A stretch of 64,000 nt of DNA, taken from IMG/VR virus record IMGVR_UViG_3300010429_002123; one strand, written 5' to 3'. The notes under the pieces were generated by a model that was given only the letters and a program-made list of their open reading frames with translations, had not been told where the DNA came from and ran no database searches. Of the stretch, positions 27,388 through 38,096 are shown one piece after another (within the stretch, counting starts at the first letter, position 1; every line of letters begins with the position of its first letter). The position numbers and the translations under genes were made by a program. This stretch comes from a virus (lineage: Duplodnaviria > Caudoviricetes).

Positions 27388-30300
27388 ATGCAAGTAAACG
27401 GATATTTCAGATTAAAGAAGGACCACCCCCTCGTCCCAGAATTCAAAAAAGACTGTGTCCTTCCAAACCCTGAGTATTTAAACAACTTAAAGATGGGAAT
27501 ATCTACAAAGGGTCTTTCCCCCACAGACTTACTCTACGAGCAGGAAGGAGACGAAATTCTCTTTCCCAGAGGAATGGCCAACCGGCTAAAAGGAACAGAA
27601 GACATCAGGGACTCCATGTCTTACGGTAAGGCCGTAAACTTCAAAGAAAGAATAACCCTTCGACCAGGTCAAAAATCTTTTTATGAAAAGTTTGTAAAGG
27701 GTGTTACTGACCTTTATGGTGCCAGTGCTCAGGCCGGGTGCGGACAAGGAAAATGTCAGACACTTTCTACTCCTGTCCTTACGCCAGAGGGGTTCAAAAC
27801 TCTTGGAAACATTCTTCCCGGTGACATGGTAATAGGCCGGGACGGAAAACCCACGAGGGTGTTGCAGACTTTCAGAAACGGAGAAAAAGACTGCTTCAGA
27901 GTAACCTTTAGTGACGGAAGTTTCGTAGACTGTGATGATGACCAGCTATTTCAGCTAAAGAATTCGGAAGCTCCTGTCACTCTTAAGAAAATACGGAACA
28001 GTCCCCCGGAAAAATTGGAAGTCCCTTTGTGTGAACCTGTAGACTTACCGGAAAAAGAGCAGGTGTTCTCTCCTTACTTACTTGGACTTTTGCTCTCAGG
28101 AGGGGCTTTTAAAGAGGGAAAACTCTATCTGTATGACAAGAATGAGCAAGCTAAAAACACGGCAAAAAGTGCCCTTTTAAAAACCCACAAATTAACAGGT
28201 CTTCCGCTGGGAAACAGCAGAACTTTGATATTTGAAAGATTAAAAAATGTTTCGGAGGAACTTGACAAACTCCTCCAAGATTCCCTGTCTTCGCCGGAGC
28301 AACTCAAGAGTGTAGGAGGCTCTTCTTCTAAAATACCTTACAATTACTTATTCGGGAGTAAAAGCCAGAGAAAAGCTCTTCTTCAGGGTGCTCTCGACAT
28401 GGGAGGAAGGGGAAAAGCAAATGTCTGGGACTTCAAAACACAGTCAAGAACCCTGGCAAGAGGGTTAACCTTTCTGGTAAGCTCTCTCGGTGGTACTTGC
28501 ACAAGTTTTTCCAGAGAAAAAACCTACCATCTCAGAATTGTCCTTCCTGAGGACTTCTCCTCCCCGGAAGGCTGCGGGGAAACTCCCCATAAAAAAATAA
28601 AAACAATAGAGCCCATAGGAAAGAAAGAAGTAGGATGTCTATTGGTAGACAATAAAGACCATCTTTATTTAGTAACTGAAACCTGTACAGTAATACACAA
28701 TACAGTGGTGTGTCTAAAAGTAATAGCGTCCCTGCAGAAAACAGCTCTGGTAATTGTGCATAAGACCTTTCTTGTAAACCAGTGGATAGAACGCATACAG
28801 GAATTCTATAATATAGAAGATAAAGACATAGGAATACTCTCAGGAGATGACATAGACTGGGCAGACAAAAAGATAAGTGTGGCCTTAGTACAAACACTCC
28901 TGGCTAAAGACCTCCCAAAAGAGTTCTATAACTACTATGGAACAATCTGTGTTGACGAGGAGCACAGGTTCGGGGCAGGAACCTTCAGAACAGTGATATG
29001 GAGATTTCCCGCAAGATACCGCCTGGGGGTCACGGCAACGCCCACCAGAAACGACTGTCAGGAAAAGGTATTCTTTACACACATAGGAAAAATAGTCTCT
29101 GTAATGTCTGACAGCAGAAAACAGCAGGTGGACGTCCACATGGTAAAAACAAATATTCCTCCCATTACTAACGAGAGACCCTTCTATGACTTCAGAAAAA
29201 AGATAAATCTCACTAAGGTTGTATCCTTCTTAATAGAATGCGAGTCTCGAAACCTTCAAATACTCAACTACCTCGTCAAGGCTGCGGAGAAAGGCCGAAA
29301 AATATTAGTATTAAGTGATAGAAGAGGACATCTGGAAACATTATCTTCTTTATTAAAAGCCTATTGTAAAGCAAATGAACACAAAAACATAAACATTTCT
29401 CAAGGGTATTACATGGGAGGAATGAAGCAGGAAGACTTAGACATTTCTACAACAAAAGACGTGATATTCGGCACTTTTGCAATGGCCTGTATAAGCGAAG
29501 AACAGGACTTTATTGACTACGTGACAGGGGAAACACAGAAATTTAAAAACCTTGTCGGAAAAAGCGTAAACTGCATTACCCATTCAGGAAAGATAACACA
29601 GTCGGGAAAAGTCATTTCTTCAGGTAAAAAAGAGTGCTTTAAACTGACACATTCCTTTGGGGACGTCTTAGCTACGGCAGACCACAAAGTCTTAACCGAA
29701 AAAGGCTGGGAAGAAGTCGCTAAGCTATCTTTACAGAGCCATCTGAGCCTCCCCAAAAAATTGGAAATAGAACAGGTCATAGACACTCCTATAAAAACCA
29801 GCGAACTCTGGCTATTAGGCTGTTTCATAGGTGACGGAAGCATGAGCCAGTATAAAAAAGGGGTCTTGTCGTTCATTTCCGCAGACGAAGACGTCCTAAG
29901 AAACGTGAAAAGCATTTTAGAAACACATAACATGACCCTTAAAAAAGTGCGAAAATACCGTTACAGAGTCTGTGGGGAGGGAAAAAACGGAAAGGGAGTA
30001 AAAACATGGTTAAGACATCAGATAGAAAACCTCGGACTCGGGGTCACGGCACGCAGTAAAGAAATCCCTCAGCCCTTTCTACTTCTCCCGGAACAGAAAA
30101 TAGGAAGTCTGCTCGCTGGACTGTTCGACACAGACGGGTGCGTAACTAAAAGAGGAGAGATACTTTTCTCTTCATCTTCTCAAAAATTAGTAACACAAAT
30201 TAAGTTTTTACTCTGGAGGCTGGGTATTTTTTCAACCCTCTACCCGTCGGCGGAGAATATGATGTTTGTCCTAAGCATCTCCCGGAATTTTAGCGAGCAG

Positions 30301-30915
30301 TTTTTAAAAACTGTCCCGTTAAAACTAAGAAGAAGAAAACAAAGAATAGAAGACTCTATGAGTAAAGGAAGAAGAGTCACAAAAAGCCCTACCAACTATA
30401 TCCCAACGTATTTTACAAAACTTCTTTTTTCTGAACTGAAAAGAAGAAAAATCCGAAAAACGGACATAGTGAGCCTGCTGAAAGAACAAAAAATGTCCTT
30501 TTCATGGGTTAACCACAACAAGGCAGCGGAAAAACAGAGCTTTAGCTTTCTTATTAACTTCTTTCAAATACCGGAGTTAGCAAAAGCCTTAGACTATATC
30601 TGGGCAAAAGTACAAAGCATTGAAAACATGGGGGAACAAAAAGTAGTAGATATGTCAGTGCCTGCTGATAACTCTTTTTTAGCGGGCGAAGCTCTCGTAC
30701 ATAACTGTGAGGGCTTAGATATACCCTCTATAGATACGGTAATCCTCGCCACACCTAAGGGAAGTGTCCAGCAGGCAGTCGGGAGAATAGTCCGGGAAAA
30801 AGCAGATAAAAAAGTATCTAAGGTAGTAGACATGATAGATGAGATAAGTATCTGTAAAGCCCTTTCTTTTAAGAGACTGAAGGAGTATAAAAAGCTAAAG
30901 TATGACATACACTAA
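27388..30915 (+). CDS. SF2 DNA helicase (XPB/UvsW-like) with two inteins
   Basis: LRPGQ, GCGQGK|intein|T, DEEH, GVTATPTRND, MA|intein|CEGLDIPSID, QQAVGRIVR. Confidence 0.92.
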   Translation: MQVNGYFRLKKDHPLVPEFKKDCVLPNPEYLNNLKMGISTKGLSPTDLLYEQEGDEILFPRGMANRLKGTEDIRDSMSYGKAVNFKERITLRPGQKSFYEKFVKGVTDLYGASAQAGCGQGKCQTLSTPVLTPEGFKTLGNILPGDMVIGRDGKPTRVLQTFRNGEKDCFRVTFSDGSFVDCDDDQLFQLKNSEAPVTLKKIRNSPPEKLEVPLCEPVDLPEKEQVFSPYLLGLLLSGGAFKEGKLYLYDKNEQAKNTAKSALLKTHKLTGLPLGNSRTLIFERLKNVSEELDKLLQDSLSSPEQLKSVGGSSSKIPYNYLFGSKSQRKALLQGALDMGGRGKANVWDFKTQSRTLARGLTFLVSSLGGTCTSFSREKTYHLRIVLPEDFSSPEGCGETPHKKIKTIEPIGKKEVGCLLVDNKDHLYLVTETCTVIHNTVVCLKVIASLQKTALVIVHKTFLVNQWIERIQEFYNIEDKDIGILSGDDIDWADKKISVALVQTLLAKDLPKEFYNYYGTICVDEEHRFGAGTFRTVIWRFPARYRLGVTATPTRNDCQEKVFFTHIGKIVSVMSDSRKQQVDVHMVKTNIPPITNERPFYDFRKKINLTKVVSFLIECESRNLQILNYLVKAAEKGRKILVLSDRRGHLETLSSLLKAYCKANEHKNINISQGYYMGGMKQEDLDISTTKDVIFGTFAMACISEEQDFIDYVTGETQKFKNLVGKSVNCITHSGKITQSGKVISSGKKECFKLTHSFGDVLATADHKVLTEKGWEEVAKLSLQSHLSLPKKLEIEQVIDTPIKTSELWLLGCFIGDGSMSQYKKGVLSFISADEDVLRNVKSILETHNMTLKKVRKYRYRVCGEGKNGKGVKTWLRHQIENLGLGVTARSKEIPQPFLLLPEQKIGSLLAGLFDTDGCVTKRGEILFSSSSQKLVTQIKFLLWRLGIFSTLYPSAENMMFVLSISRNFSEQFLKTVPLKLRRRKQRIEDSMSKGRRVTKSPTNYIPTYFTKLLFSELKRRKIRKTDIVSLLKEQKMSFSWVNHNKAAEKQSFSFLINFFQIPELAKALDYIWAKVQSIENMGEQKVVDMSVPADNSFLAGEALVHNCEGLDIPSIDTVILATPKGSVQQAVGRIVREKADKKVSKVVDMIDEISICKALSFKRLKEYKKLKYDIH
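27754..28701 (+). mobile_element. intein 1 in helicase Walker A (316 aa)
   Basis: CQTLSTPVLTPEG...LQGALDMGG...TVIHN followed by Thr. Confidence 0.88.
29488..30705 (+). mobile_element. intein 2 in helicase (406 aa, LAGLIDADG)
   Basis: CISEEQ...ATADHKV...LLGCFIGDG...LAGLFDTDG...LVHN followed by Cys. Confidence 0.92.
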
Positions 30916-30966
30916 TCCTGAGGAAACAATCTTGACATGCCACATTAAATATGCTACTATATAAAT

Positions 30967-31045
30967 ACGTTCTCTTCTTCGTTCAGGACAGGGGTAACGA
31001 GTAGAGTTCTTTCACTAAAAACGACCTTTCTCCGAGGTCGTTTTT
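30967..31045 (+). ncRNA. candidate ~80-nt small RNA
   Basis: TTGACA-17-TACTAT at 30932-30960, internal hairpin, terminator AAAAACGACCT/AGGTCGTTTTT, no ORF. Confidence 0.5.
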
Positions 31046-31059
31046 GCATTTTCTCCCAT

Positions 31060-31111
31060 AAAAAGAAGGGAAAAAGAAGGGAAAAAGAAGGGAAAAAGAA
31101 GGGAAAAAGAA
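31060..31111 (+). repeat. 11-bp tandem repeat (AAAAAGAAGGG x4-5)
   Basis: Read directly from the sequence. Confidence 0.85.
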
Positions 31112-31136
31112 AGTTAAATAATTTTTACAAAAAGTA

Positions 31137-31165
31137 TTGACAACTATCTTCACCCGTGCTATAAT
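31137..31165 (+). promoter_or_regulatory. sigma70/sigmaA-type promoter with shared UP motif
   Basis: TTTTTACAAAAAGTA-TTGACA-17-TATAAT. Confidence 0.88.
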
Positions 31166-31258
31166 AATTTTAGTGAAAGAACCAAACAGACGAAAATGCT
31201 ACCACGAAAAAGATTTTCGTTACCACGAACTGTTATCGCAAAAAGGAGGAAAAATAAC

Positions 31259-31579
31259 ATGAAAATGAATATAGACCCAAGAACGAAAGAAAAACTTATG
31301 GAGGAATATTCCTCCATGTCCATAGTAAACATAGAGGGTGAGACTGGAAGCCTCACCTACTCCGTGTCTAATTATAACTCCTGGAATGGAGACAGGTTTA
31401 ATACCTACAGGATAAAGAAAAATCAGGAAGGCCATATCACCTGTGACTGCCCTCACTACGAAAAACGGCTCAGTGTAAGGAATCAGGGCAAAGAAGCAGA
31501 CAGTGCCTATGTTTGTAAGCACGGCGGATATGTCATTATGAGAATGACAGAGATAATAAGAAAAAAGGGAAAAAATTAA
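31259..31579 (+). CDS. SWIM zinc-finger protein
   Basis: TCDCPHY...CKH; ATG at 31259 after AAGGAGG. Confidence 0.7.
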   Translation: MKMNIDPRTKEKLMEEYSSMSIVNIEGETGSLTYSVSNYNSWNGDRFNTYRIKKNQEGHITCDCPHYEKRLSVRNQGKEADSAYVCKHGGYVIMRMTEIIRKKGKN

Positions 31580-32501
31580 AATAACGCAAAAAAATAAGGT
31601 AGTTCCCAGATTGTGCAATTTGGACTAAGAGGACAAAAGTGCCCAATTACGAGAAGCCCTACAGGTCGTGTTCTCCGCATAGTTTGAAAGGGTCCAAACT
31701 TCCCAAAAACTGAAGAACACGACAGGGCTTGACTCCCAGCGAATTTTGTGGTAGTATAGATTGTATAGCCATTTTCTGCTTATTTTGACACGGCATGCAG
31801 GATAGGTTGATAACTTTAGTAGACTTTTCCGACTTTTGGTAAAAGTAGCCCATTTTTGAAGAGCCAGGACTGGTGGGCGTTTTACGATTTTTGGATTTTT
31901 CAGACCTTGAGTTTGTCATGGAGGGAAACGCACTTTTAGAGAAAGTCAAAAAAGGTGATGTTGACAACTTTAGTCAACTAGAAAAATGGCCTCTCGGAAA
32001 GTGGCTCTGTGTAAGGGTTCAGAAAAATGGTGAATATTTGTTGACCGCAGATAGTCAACAATTCAGGGAAACCGAGGAGAAGAAAAATGAGGAGGGAAGA
32101 AATTTTGAAGAGGCAGAAAAATAAAGAAGCTGACAGAGTAACACTTCATAATTTTCACTTTCCTCGAAAGGACAAGTTTGTCATGGCTGGGAAAAATTTG
32201 ATGAAAATTTTTCTGTTGTAAGAAGCGTCCAGCCACTGCCTGGTGTGCAGGTCAACAATTATTCAAGGCTCAGAAGGCAGAAAGTCACAATTAGGGTGAA
32301 TTTTTGTTTAGTAAAGAAGAACAAATTCTAAAGAGGAGGATTTAAAAAATGAAAAGTTCAATGAAGACACAGGTTGTCTTCATTATACCCAGAATTTTCG
32401 TGTTTTAGACCTTTTTTCGAAAAAATAACTGATACATTATTTACAAACTAAAAGACAACAATACTAACCAAACTAACAACTAGCGAAGGAAGTGATAGCA
32501 T

Positions 32502-32852
32502 ATGACCCAGAGAGACCTCGAGAGCCTAACAGAGCACATAACAACCTGTGAAGAAAGGATAGAAGAAATAAGAGATGAAATAGAAGGGCTACAAAAAGAA
32601 ATTGAACGTGAGTTCAAAAAGGGAACCAGATTTGTCCTCAAGAGTAGCCCGGATGACGTGTGCATAATGGAAAGAATTCGTTACAATGTACACACCAACG
32701 CTTTCATAATGGACTTCAGAAAGGAGGGCTCGGAAAAACTGTTGGGTGATAATTACGGTCAGTTAAACAGAATTACAATTTTAGACAACCAGGATTTGAC
32801 CTGTCTGGATACCCGCCCTGCTGAGGCCAGCCCGGGACACGAACAAGAATAA
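32502..32852 (+). CDS. hypothetical protein
   Basis: 116-aa ORF with N-terminal coiled coil. Confidence 0.55.
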   Translation: MTQRDLESLTEHITTCEERIEEIRDEIEGLQKEIEREFKKGTRFVLKSSPDDVCIMERIRYNVHTNAFIMDFRKEGSEKLLGDNYGQLNRITILDNQDLTCLDTRPAEASPGHEQE

Positions 32853-32876
32853 TTCCACAAAGGAGAGAATGATTAC

Positions 32877-34154
32877 ATGCACATACTAAAAGAACGAACC
32901 AAAAAGATTATCAAAGAACAAGCAGAAGGAAAGTATTATGGAGTATCCCCTAAGAAGAAAGAGGAAGTTAGAACTAAACTCTTTCACGTAGCTATAAGAA
33001 AAGGAAGTCCCTTTGCTATGAGATACGGTTCCAAAAGGGATATGGAGGAGTTTGAGGGGCAGTTAAATGCCACAGCTATAAACAGTTGCTTGAGAGGAAT
33101 AATAGAAGAAGGAATATTTACAAAAGAGAGTAAGCCCGGAAAAAGAAACCAGTGGTTGTATACCTTTCACAAAGAAAAGCTCTCCGCCGATGAACTAAAG
33201 TCTTTGGAAACGTTCACCAGAGAATGGGATAGAGAGCGAGACGAAAAGCTCGCCCGGTCTATACGGGAAAGTGAGGAAGGTAACAAAGAACTAATAGCCT
33301 TTCTCAAAGCCGAAGAAGAGAAAGAGTTCAAAGAAAGAGAGGCGAGAAGAAAAAAGAGAGAGGATGCAGAAAGAGAGAACAAACTAAAGGAGAGAGAGAA
33401 GAAGTATGCTGAACTCTTCTCTTCAATCCCCGGAAGTCACGAAGGCCAGGAGAGTGCTGAGAGCTCAAAGGAGACGGAGACTCTGGAGAGTTCAGAGAGT
33501 TCAGAGAGTTCCGACACTAAAGCCAAGCTGGAAGTTTTAGCGAGCACTAATGGTTTGTTGGATATTTACCTTCCTTCTGAAAAGCCTGTTCAAGTTTCTT
33601 TAGGGGTCTCTTCCCCGCAGCCTCTGGGGGAGGTTTTGAAAGACCTTACCTGCTCTATCGTGGAGATGGTAGCTTCGGCCAAGCAAAGTAATCTGGAAGT
33701 GTTCAAATTCTTCATAGGAGAAGACAGAAAAACTAGAGACAAAGAATACTGGGCTACTTTAGAAAAGTTTACTAAAGATAACCAGGCAAAGACTGAGGAG
33801 ATAAAGAAACTAAAAGAAAAACAGCTTTTTTTAGAGGAGGAGGTAAGAACCCTGAGGAGCAATCTTTCTAAAGAAAGGGAACAGAGGGAAACCAAAACTA
33901 AAGAATCTGAAACTCTGAGGGAAAACATCGTAAAAACCAATAAGGTTGTTCACCAACTCACACAGAAGCTCCAGGACTTAGAGAACCGGGGAGAGCAAAC
34001 CCCTGTGTTCACGACAGGGAGTCTGGAGAACTTTAACAGCAGGTTAAAGAAAGACTCTCTGGGTGTCACCCATGCGGACTTAATAGAGTTAATGAGAAAC
34101 AAGGTATCAGACAAGTCTCCGGTTAGTGTCCCAGGTAAGAATGGGTCGAAATGA
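32877..34154 (+). CDS. coiled-coil protein, possible N-terminal winged helix
   Basis: Long E/K/R heptad regions; AINSCLRGIIEEGIFTK...NQWLYTF. Confidence 0.55.
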   Translation: MHILKERTKKIIKEQAEGKYYGVSPKKKEEVRTKLFHVAIRKGSPFAMRYGSKRDMEEFEGQLNATAINSCLRGIIEEGIFTKESKPGKRNQWLYTFHKEKLSADELKSLETFTREWDRERDEKLARSIRESEEGNKELIAFLKAEEEKEFKEREARRKKREDAERENKLKEREKKYAELFSSIPGSHEGQESAESSKETETLESSESSESSDTKAKLEVLASTNGLLDIYLPSEKPVQVSLGVSSPQPLGEVLKDLTCSIVEMVASAKQSNLEVFKFFIGEDRKTRDKEYWATLEKFTKDNQAKTEEIKKLKEKQLFLEEEVRTLRSNLSKEREQRETKTKESETLRENIVKTNKVVHQLTQKLQDLENRGEQTPVFTTGSLENFNSRLKKDSLGVTHADLIELMRNKVSDKSPVSVPGKNGSK

Positions 34155-34269
34155 AATACTTTAAATTGTAGTATAAATTGTATTGACATTTTTTACAAGC
34201 TATGGTATGATATGGACTGAAGAATACTTACAGGCTTTAAACTGGCCTGATAACGGAAGGAGCACAAGT

Positions 34270-34464
34270 ATGAAAGAAATGAAGTTAAAAATCACCCGGA
34301 AGGGTGAAGTAAAGATTGAAGGGATAAAAGGCACGGTAGGTGCCGAGTGCCTTGAACTAACTAAAAAACTGGAACAGGCTATAGGTCAGACAGAGAGCAG
34401 GGAGCTCACTGAAGATTACTACAAAGAAAAGGAGAACGAGTATGAATACAACAAAAACGCTTGA
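34270..34464 (+). CDS. DUF2997-like small protein
   Basis: KITRKGEVKIEG..G.EC.ELTKKLEQAIG...TEDYY; usual partner of Ycf46-like AAA genes; promoter at 34183-34211. Confidence 0.7.
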   Translation: MKEMKLKITRKGEVKIEGIKGTVGAECLELTKKLEQAIGQTESRELTEDYYKEKENEYEYNKNA

Positions 34465-35467
34465 GGAATTAGACCTGCTCATAAGAGCCAGATACCCTTT
34501 GATAAACATTATTTCTCCAGAAACGGCAAGGGTTACTTCTGCTCTGGAGACCATTCTTAAAGACCACGAAGACAAGAAGATGTTTTCATGGGTATTCGGA
34601 GAAGGTATGACCTGCCTGGGAGAAAGAAAAAACCTGACTGTAGACGAAAAAGGGATGCTGGGTAAAGAGCTTGACCCGCTGTTAGTTCTGGATAAAATAG
34701 AAATCTTTGGAAAAAACTCTCTGTTTATTCTAAACGACTTTCACTTGTTCCTGAAAGACACAAGGGTTCTAATCAAATTAAAATCAGTGACTTCCCGGAT
34801 TAGAATGAAAAGGTCTACTTTAGTATTTATTTCTCCCTGTTCTTTCCCGGTTCCTCCCGAACTGAGAGACCATATAACAACTATCTCTTTCCCTCTTCCC
34901 GGAAGTGACGAAATGGAAGGTCTTTACCAAAATACGTTAAGCAGGGTGTGTATTCCGGGACAAAAACTCGATAACATCAGCGACACACTGAAAGAAAAGA
35001 TAGTCAACTCTGCTCTTGGCCTGACTTTTAACCAGGCAGAAAGGGTGCTGTTTAAAGCTCTGACAAAAAACGGAAAGATTTCTGAAGAGGCCATAGACCG
35101 AATATTAGAGGAGAAAAAGCAGTTAATTTCCCTCTCTTCAGCCCTGCAGTTCTTTCCTGCTACGGAGACAATAAAGAACGTAGGAGGTTTATACTCTCTC
35201 AAAGAATGGGTGAGAAGCAGAGAAAAAGTCTTCTCTAAAGAGGCAAGAGAGTATGGTCTGCCCGTTCCTAAGGGTGTGCTTCTCGCAGGAATACCAGGCA
35301 CAGGAAAAAGCCTTGTGGCCAAAGCCGTAGCGGGTATGTGGAAAATGCCTCTTCTAAGACTCGACGTGGGGGCAATTTTCGGCGGACTTGTCGGCCAGTC
35401 TGAAGAAAATGTCAGGACTGCTATAGCTATAAGTGAGGCGGTAGCTCCGTGTTGTTTGTGGGTGGAT
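34442..35467 (+). CDS. Ycf46/SpoVK-like AAA+ ATPase, exon 1
   Basis: LIRARYPLI, VGGLYSLKEW, PKGVLLAGIPGTGKSL, GQSEENVR, APCCLWVD. Confidence 0.9.
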
Positions 35468-36577
35468 TAACCCCTAGTAGGTGTGAAAGTTTCTGCTTGA
35501 CTTTACACAAAGAAAGATTGTATACTATTGGAAAAAGGAGACAAGAAAATGAAAACCTGTAAAATGTGCAAAACAGAACTCAAAAAAGAGAAAAATACTT
35601 TTTGCAGTCTGAGTTGCTCAACAAAGTATAGAAATCTTTCTAAGTGTATAAGAGTCAAGAAAGAATGTAAGATGTGTGGCAAAGTGTTAGAACTAACCGA
35701 ATCTTCTTTAAAAGGGAAATTAAATGTCTTTTGTAGTAATGAGTGCAGGCAGGCTTTCTTGAAAAGAAATAACAGGTATGAACCCTGTGAAAACTGTGGC
35801 AAAATTATTGAGATAAACTGGAAAAGAAACAAAGTAAAAACTCCTTTTTGCTCTGTAAGTTGCCATAATGAAAAGGTGAGTAATAAAGTAGAGACAACAT
35901 GTGCTGGTTGTGGGGGCAAAATGATTACCCACAAGTCTCGACTCAGCTATTACAAGAATGTCTACTGCTCTCAAAATTGTTACACTAAAACTGTTCTTGG
36001 GAAGAGAGGAAATCTTCAGGAAAAGTATGAGTTGGTAAGACATAGATTAATGGATTCAGACAATTTCCGACTCTGGAGAATAGGAGTTCTCTCTAAAAAG
36101 CACAGATGTGAGGTGTGTGGGAGTAAAAAGGGTCTTGTGGTTCACCATGTTATCTCGCTCTTTACTCTAGTTTCCACTTACAATAGAGAGTTTTCCCTTT
36201 CAAAAGAAAGTATCGAAAAAGTTATAAGCTCGAAGGAGTTTAATGACGTGTCAAACGGTAAAGTTCTGTGTAAATCATGCCACGTATTAGAACACCGAAA
36301 AATAGTCCCTTATGGAAGTAATTCCATAGAGCAAATCCCGTTAATTGCTGGAAACCCGTTAGAGCCTTCAGTACCTATAAACGGTGACAATCTGAAGGAT
36401 TCGGCAACCAGCAGCGAAGCCTTGAAAAAGGAACGTTCAACGACTAACCCGGAAGGGTGTAGGGTCTAAGTAGACTCGAAAAACGGGACTTCCTAGACGA
36501 AAAGGAAGATGATATAGTCTGGACTCATACGAAAGTATGAGAGGTTACACGGAAACGGTGTAATTGCAACACAATCG
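35468..36577 (+). mobile_element. group I intron splitting Walker B of the AAA ATPase
   Basis: Removal restores WVD|EIEKG; exon ends in U, intron ends in G; P AATTGCTGGAAA, Q AACCAGCAG, R GTTCAACGACTA, S GATATAGTCT. Confidence 0.9.
35549..36469 (+). CDS. intron-encoded HNH endonuclease with repeated CxxC...FCS..C zinc fingers
   Basis: CEVCGS...VVHHV...NGKVLCKSCH; 3' end overlaps the intron core. Confidence 0.85.
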   Translation: MKTCKMCKTELKKEKNTFCSLSCSTKYRNLSKCIRVKKECKMCGKVLELTESSLKGKLNVFCSNECRQAFLKRNNRYEPCENCGKIIEINWKRNKVKTPFCSVSCHNEKVSNKVETTCAGCGGKMITHKSRLSYYKNVYCSQNCYTKTVLGKRGNLQEKYELVRHRLMDSDNFRLWRIGVLSKKHRCEVCGSKKGLVVHHVISLFTLVSTYNREFSLSKESIEKVISSKEFNDVSNGKVLCKSCHVLEHRKIVPYGSNSIEQIPLIAGNPLEPSVPINGDNLKDSATSSEALKKERSTTNPEGCRV

Positions 36578-37147
36578 GAAATAGAAAAAGGACTCTTTGG
36601 GGCGAGTGCCCGTCTCTCCGTCGGTGACAGCGGAGTAAGTGCCCGAGTAGCTTCTACTATGCTTACGTGGATGCAGGAAAAAACCTCTCCCGTATTTGTA
36701 GTAGCCACGGCTAATGACCTTACAGGGTTCAGCCCGGAGGAAATTCGCATGGGAAGATTTGATGCTGTGTTCTTCCTTGACTTCCCCGACGAAATAGAAA
36801 GAATGGAAATCTTTAAAGTCCATCTCGAAAAGAGAAGACCTGTCATTCATAAGTACGACCTGAAACTTCTGGCTAAACTCACAGAAGGTTTCACAGGAGC
36901 TGAAATAGAACAGGTTATCATAGAAAGTATGCACAACGCCTTTTATGATACGGGCAGAGACTTCACTATGGGTGACATCGAAAAAGTCATAAAGGAAACA
37001 GTTCCCTCCTCTGAAATGATGAGAGATAAAATAGACAAGTTAAGAGAATGGGTCAAGTCAAACAGAGTAAGGACTGCTTCTGCAAGGGAACCGGAAAAAG
37101 TCATGCCCAGTTATATAAAACTTGAACCTTTAAACTTAAGGAACTGA
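36578..37147 (+). CDS. Ycf46/SpoVK-like AAA+ ATPase, exon 2
   Basis: EIEKG, LTWMQEKTSPVFVVATAN, GRFDAVFFLDFP, GFTGAEIEQ. Confidence 0.9.
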   Translation, partial: EIEKGLFGASARLSVGDSGVSARVASTMLTWMQEKTSPVFVVATANDLTGFSPEEIRMGRFDAVFFLDFPDEIERMEIFKVHLEKRRPVIHKYDLKLLAKLTEGFTGAEIEQVIIESMHNAFYDTGRDFTMGDIEKVIKETVPSSEMMRDKIDKLREWVKSNRVRTASAREPEKVMPSYIKLEPLNLRN

Positions 37148-37220
37148 CACGAAGAGTAAACAGGGATAGGAGGTTGAACTAACCTCTTATTTCTGTTTAC
37201 AGAAAGGAAGAGTTATTCTT

Positions 37221-38096
37221 ATGGATTTATACTTTACACACAGGAGAAACTTTCCCACGTCACCCGCAACCGGAGCTTCTCTCAGCGTTTCCAGACCTAT
37301 TCCCGGATTTATTCCTCCCGAAGAGTGTAAGATTGAGGGGTTTACCTTTCCGAGAAGAGTTTCAAACAGCTCTTTCCTGACCTCAGGCACAGACTTTAGA
37401 AACAGAGAGGAAAAAGATTTTATAGATTACGCAAATCCTGTTGAATCTATCACTATTCCCGAAAGGACACTGGACAGCTTTGTGAGAAATTACTTTTCCA
37501 CACTTTTCCCGGAGGGTCTCCTCCCGGCTCAAAGAAGAGCAGAGTTAGAACCCCCGGATGAGTTGGGACTAGCCACACCCTCTATGACAACGGGCGAAGG
37601 AAAAACTACCTTCCTGTGTCTGAAGTCTTTATTTCTCTGTCTTAAATTTCCCGATTTTAACATTCTTATTTTCACATCGAGCATTGCTCCCAGCGAACCC
37701 CAGAGGGTGATGTCCGTTCTCTTATCTCTGCTCTATGAACCAAAAATGAGCAAGATAGGACAGGTAAAAAAACGGCTCTGGTCAGAAAGTGACTTTCTTA
37801 TCTTTGCAAATAATTCAAGCATAAGAGTCCTCCCTTTGTTCGGAACACTGAACAGTTACGTTAAAAGAGAAGAAGAGGGTGAAATTGACTGGGAGACGCC
37901 TCCGTGTCCAGACCCTCTCAGAACTCACACCCCCTCAGCAGACCGTAACTCCTTTAGTAACTTTATTAACACTATGAGAACTTTATGCCAGTTTCTCTGC
38001 ATAGAGAGACCCGATTGTGTGGCCTTGTTCTATCCCCCCAACTTCCATCTCAGAATGGATTCTCCTCCGGTCATAACGGAGATAGTAAGACCATGA
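37221..38096 (+). CDS. terminase-ATPase-like paralogue 3
   Basis: GLLPAQ, GEGKTTFLCLKSLFLCL, FANNSSIRVLP, PPVITE. Confidence 0.45.
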   Translation: MDLYFTHRRNFPTSPATGASLSVSRPIPGFIPPEECKIEGFTFPRRVSNSSFLTSGTDFRNREEKDFIDYANPVESITIPERTLDSFVRNYFSTLFPEGLLPAQRRAELEPPDELGLATPSMTTGEGKTTFLCLKSLFLCLKFPDFNILIFTSSIAPSEPQRVMSVLLSLLYEPKMSKIGQVKKRLWSESDFLIFANNSSIRVLPLFGTLNSYVKREEEGEIDWETPPCPDPLRTHTPSADRNSFSNFINTMRTLCQFLCIERPDCVALFYPPNFHLRMDSPPVITEIVRP

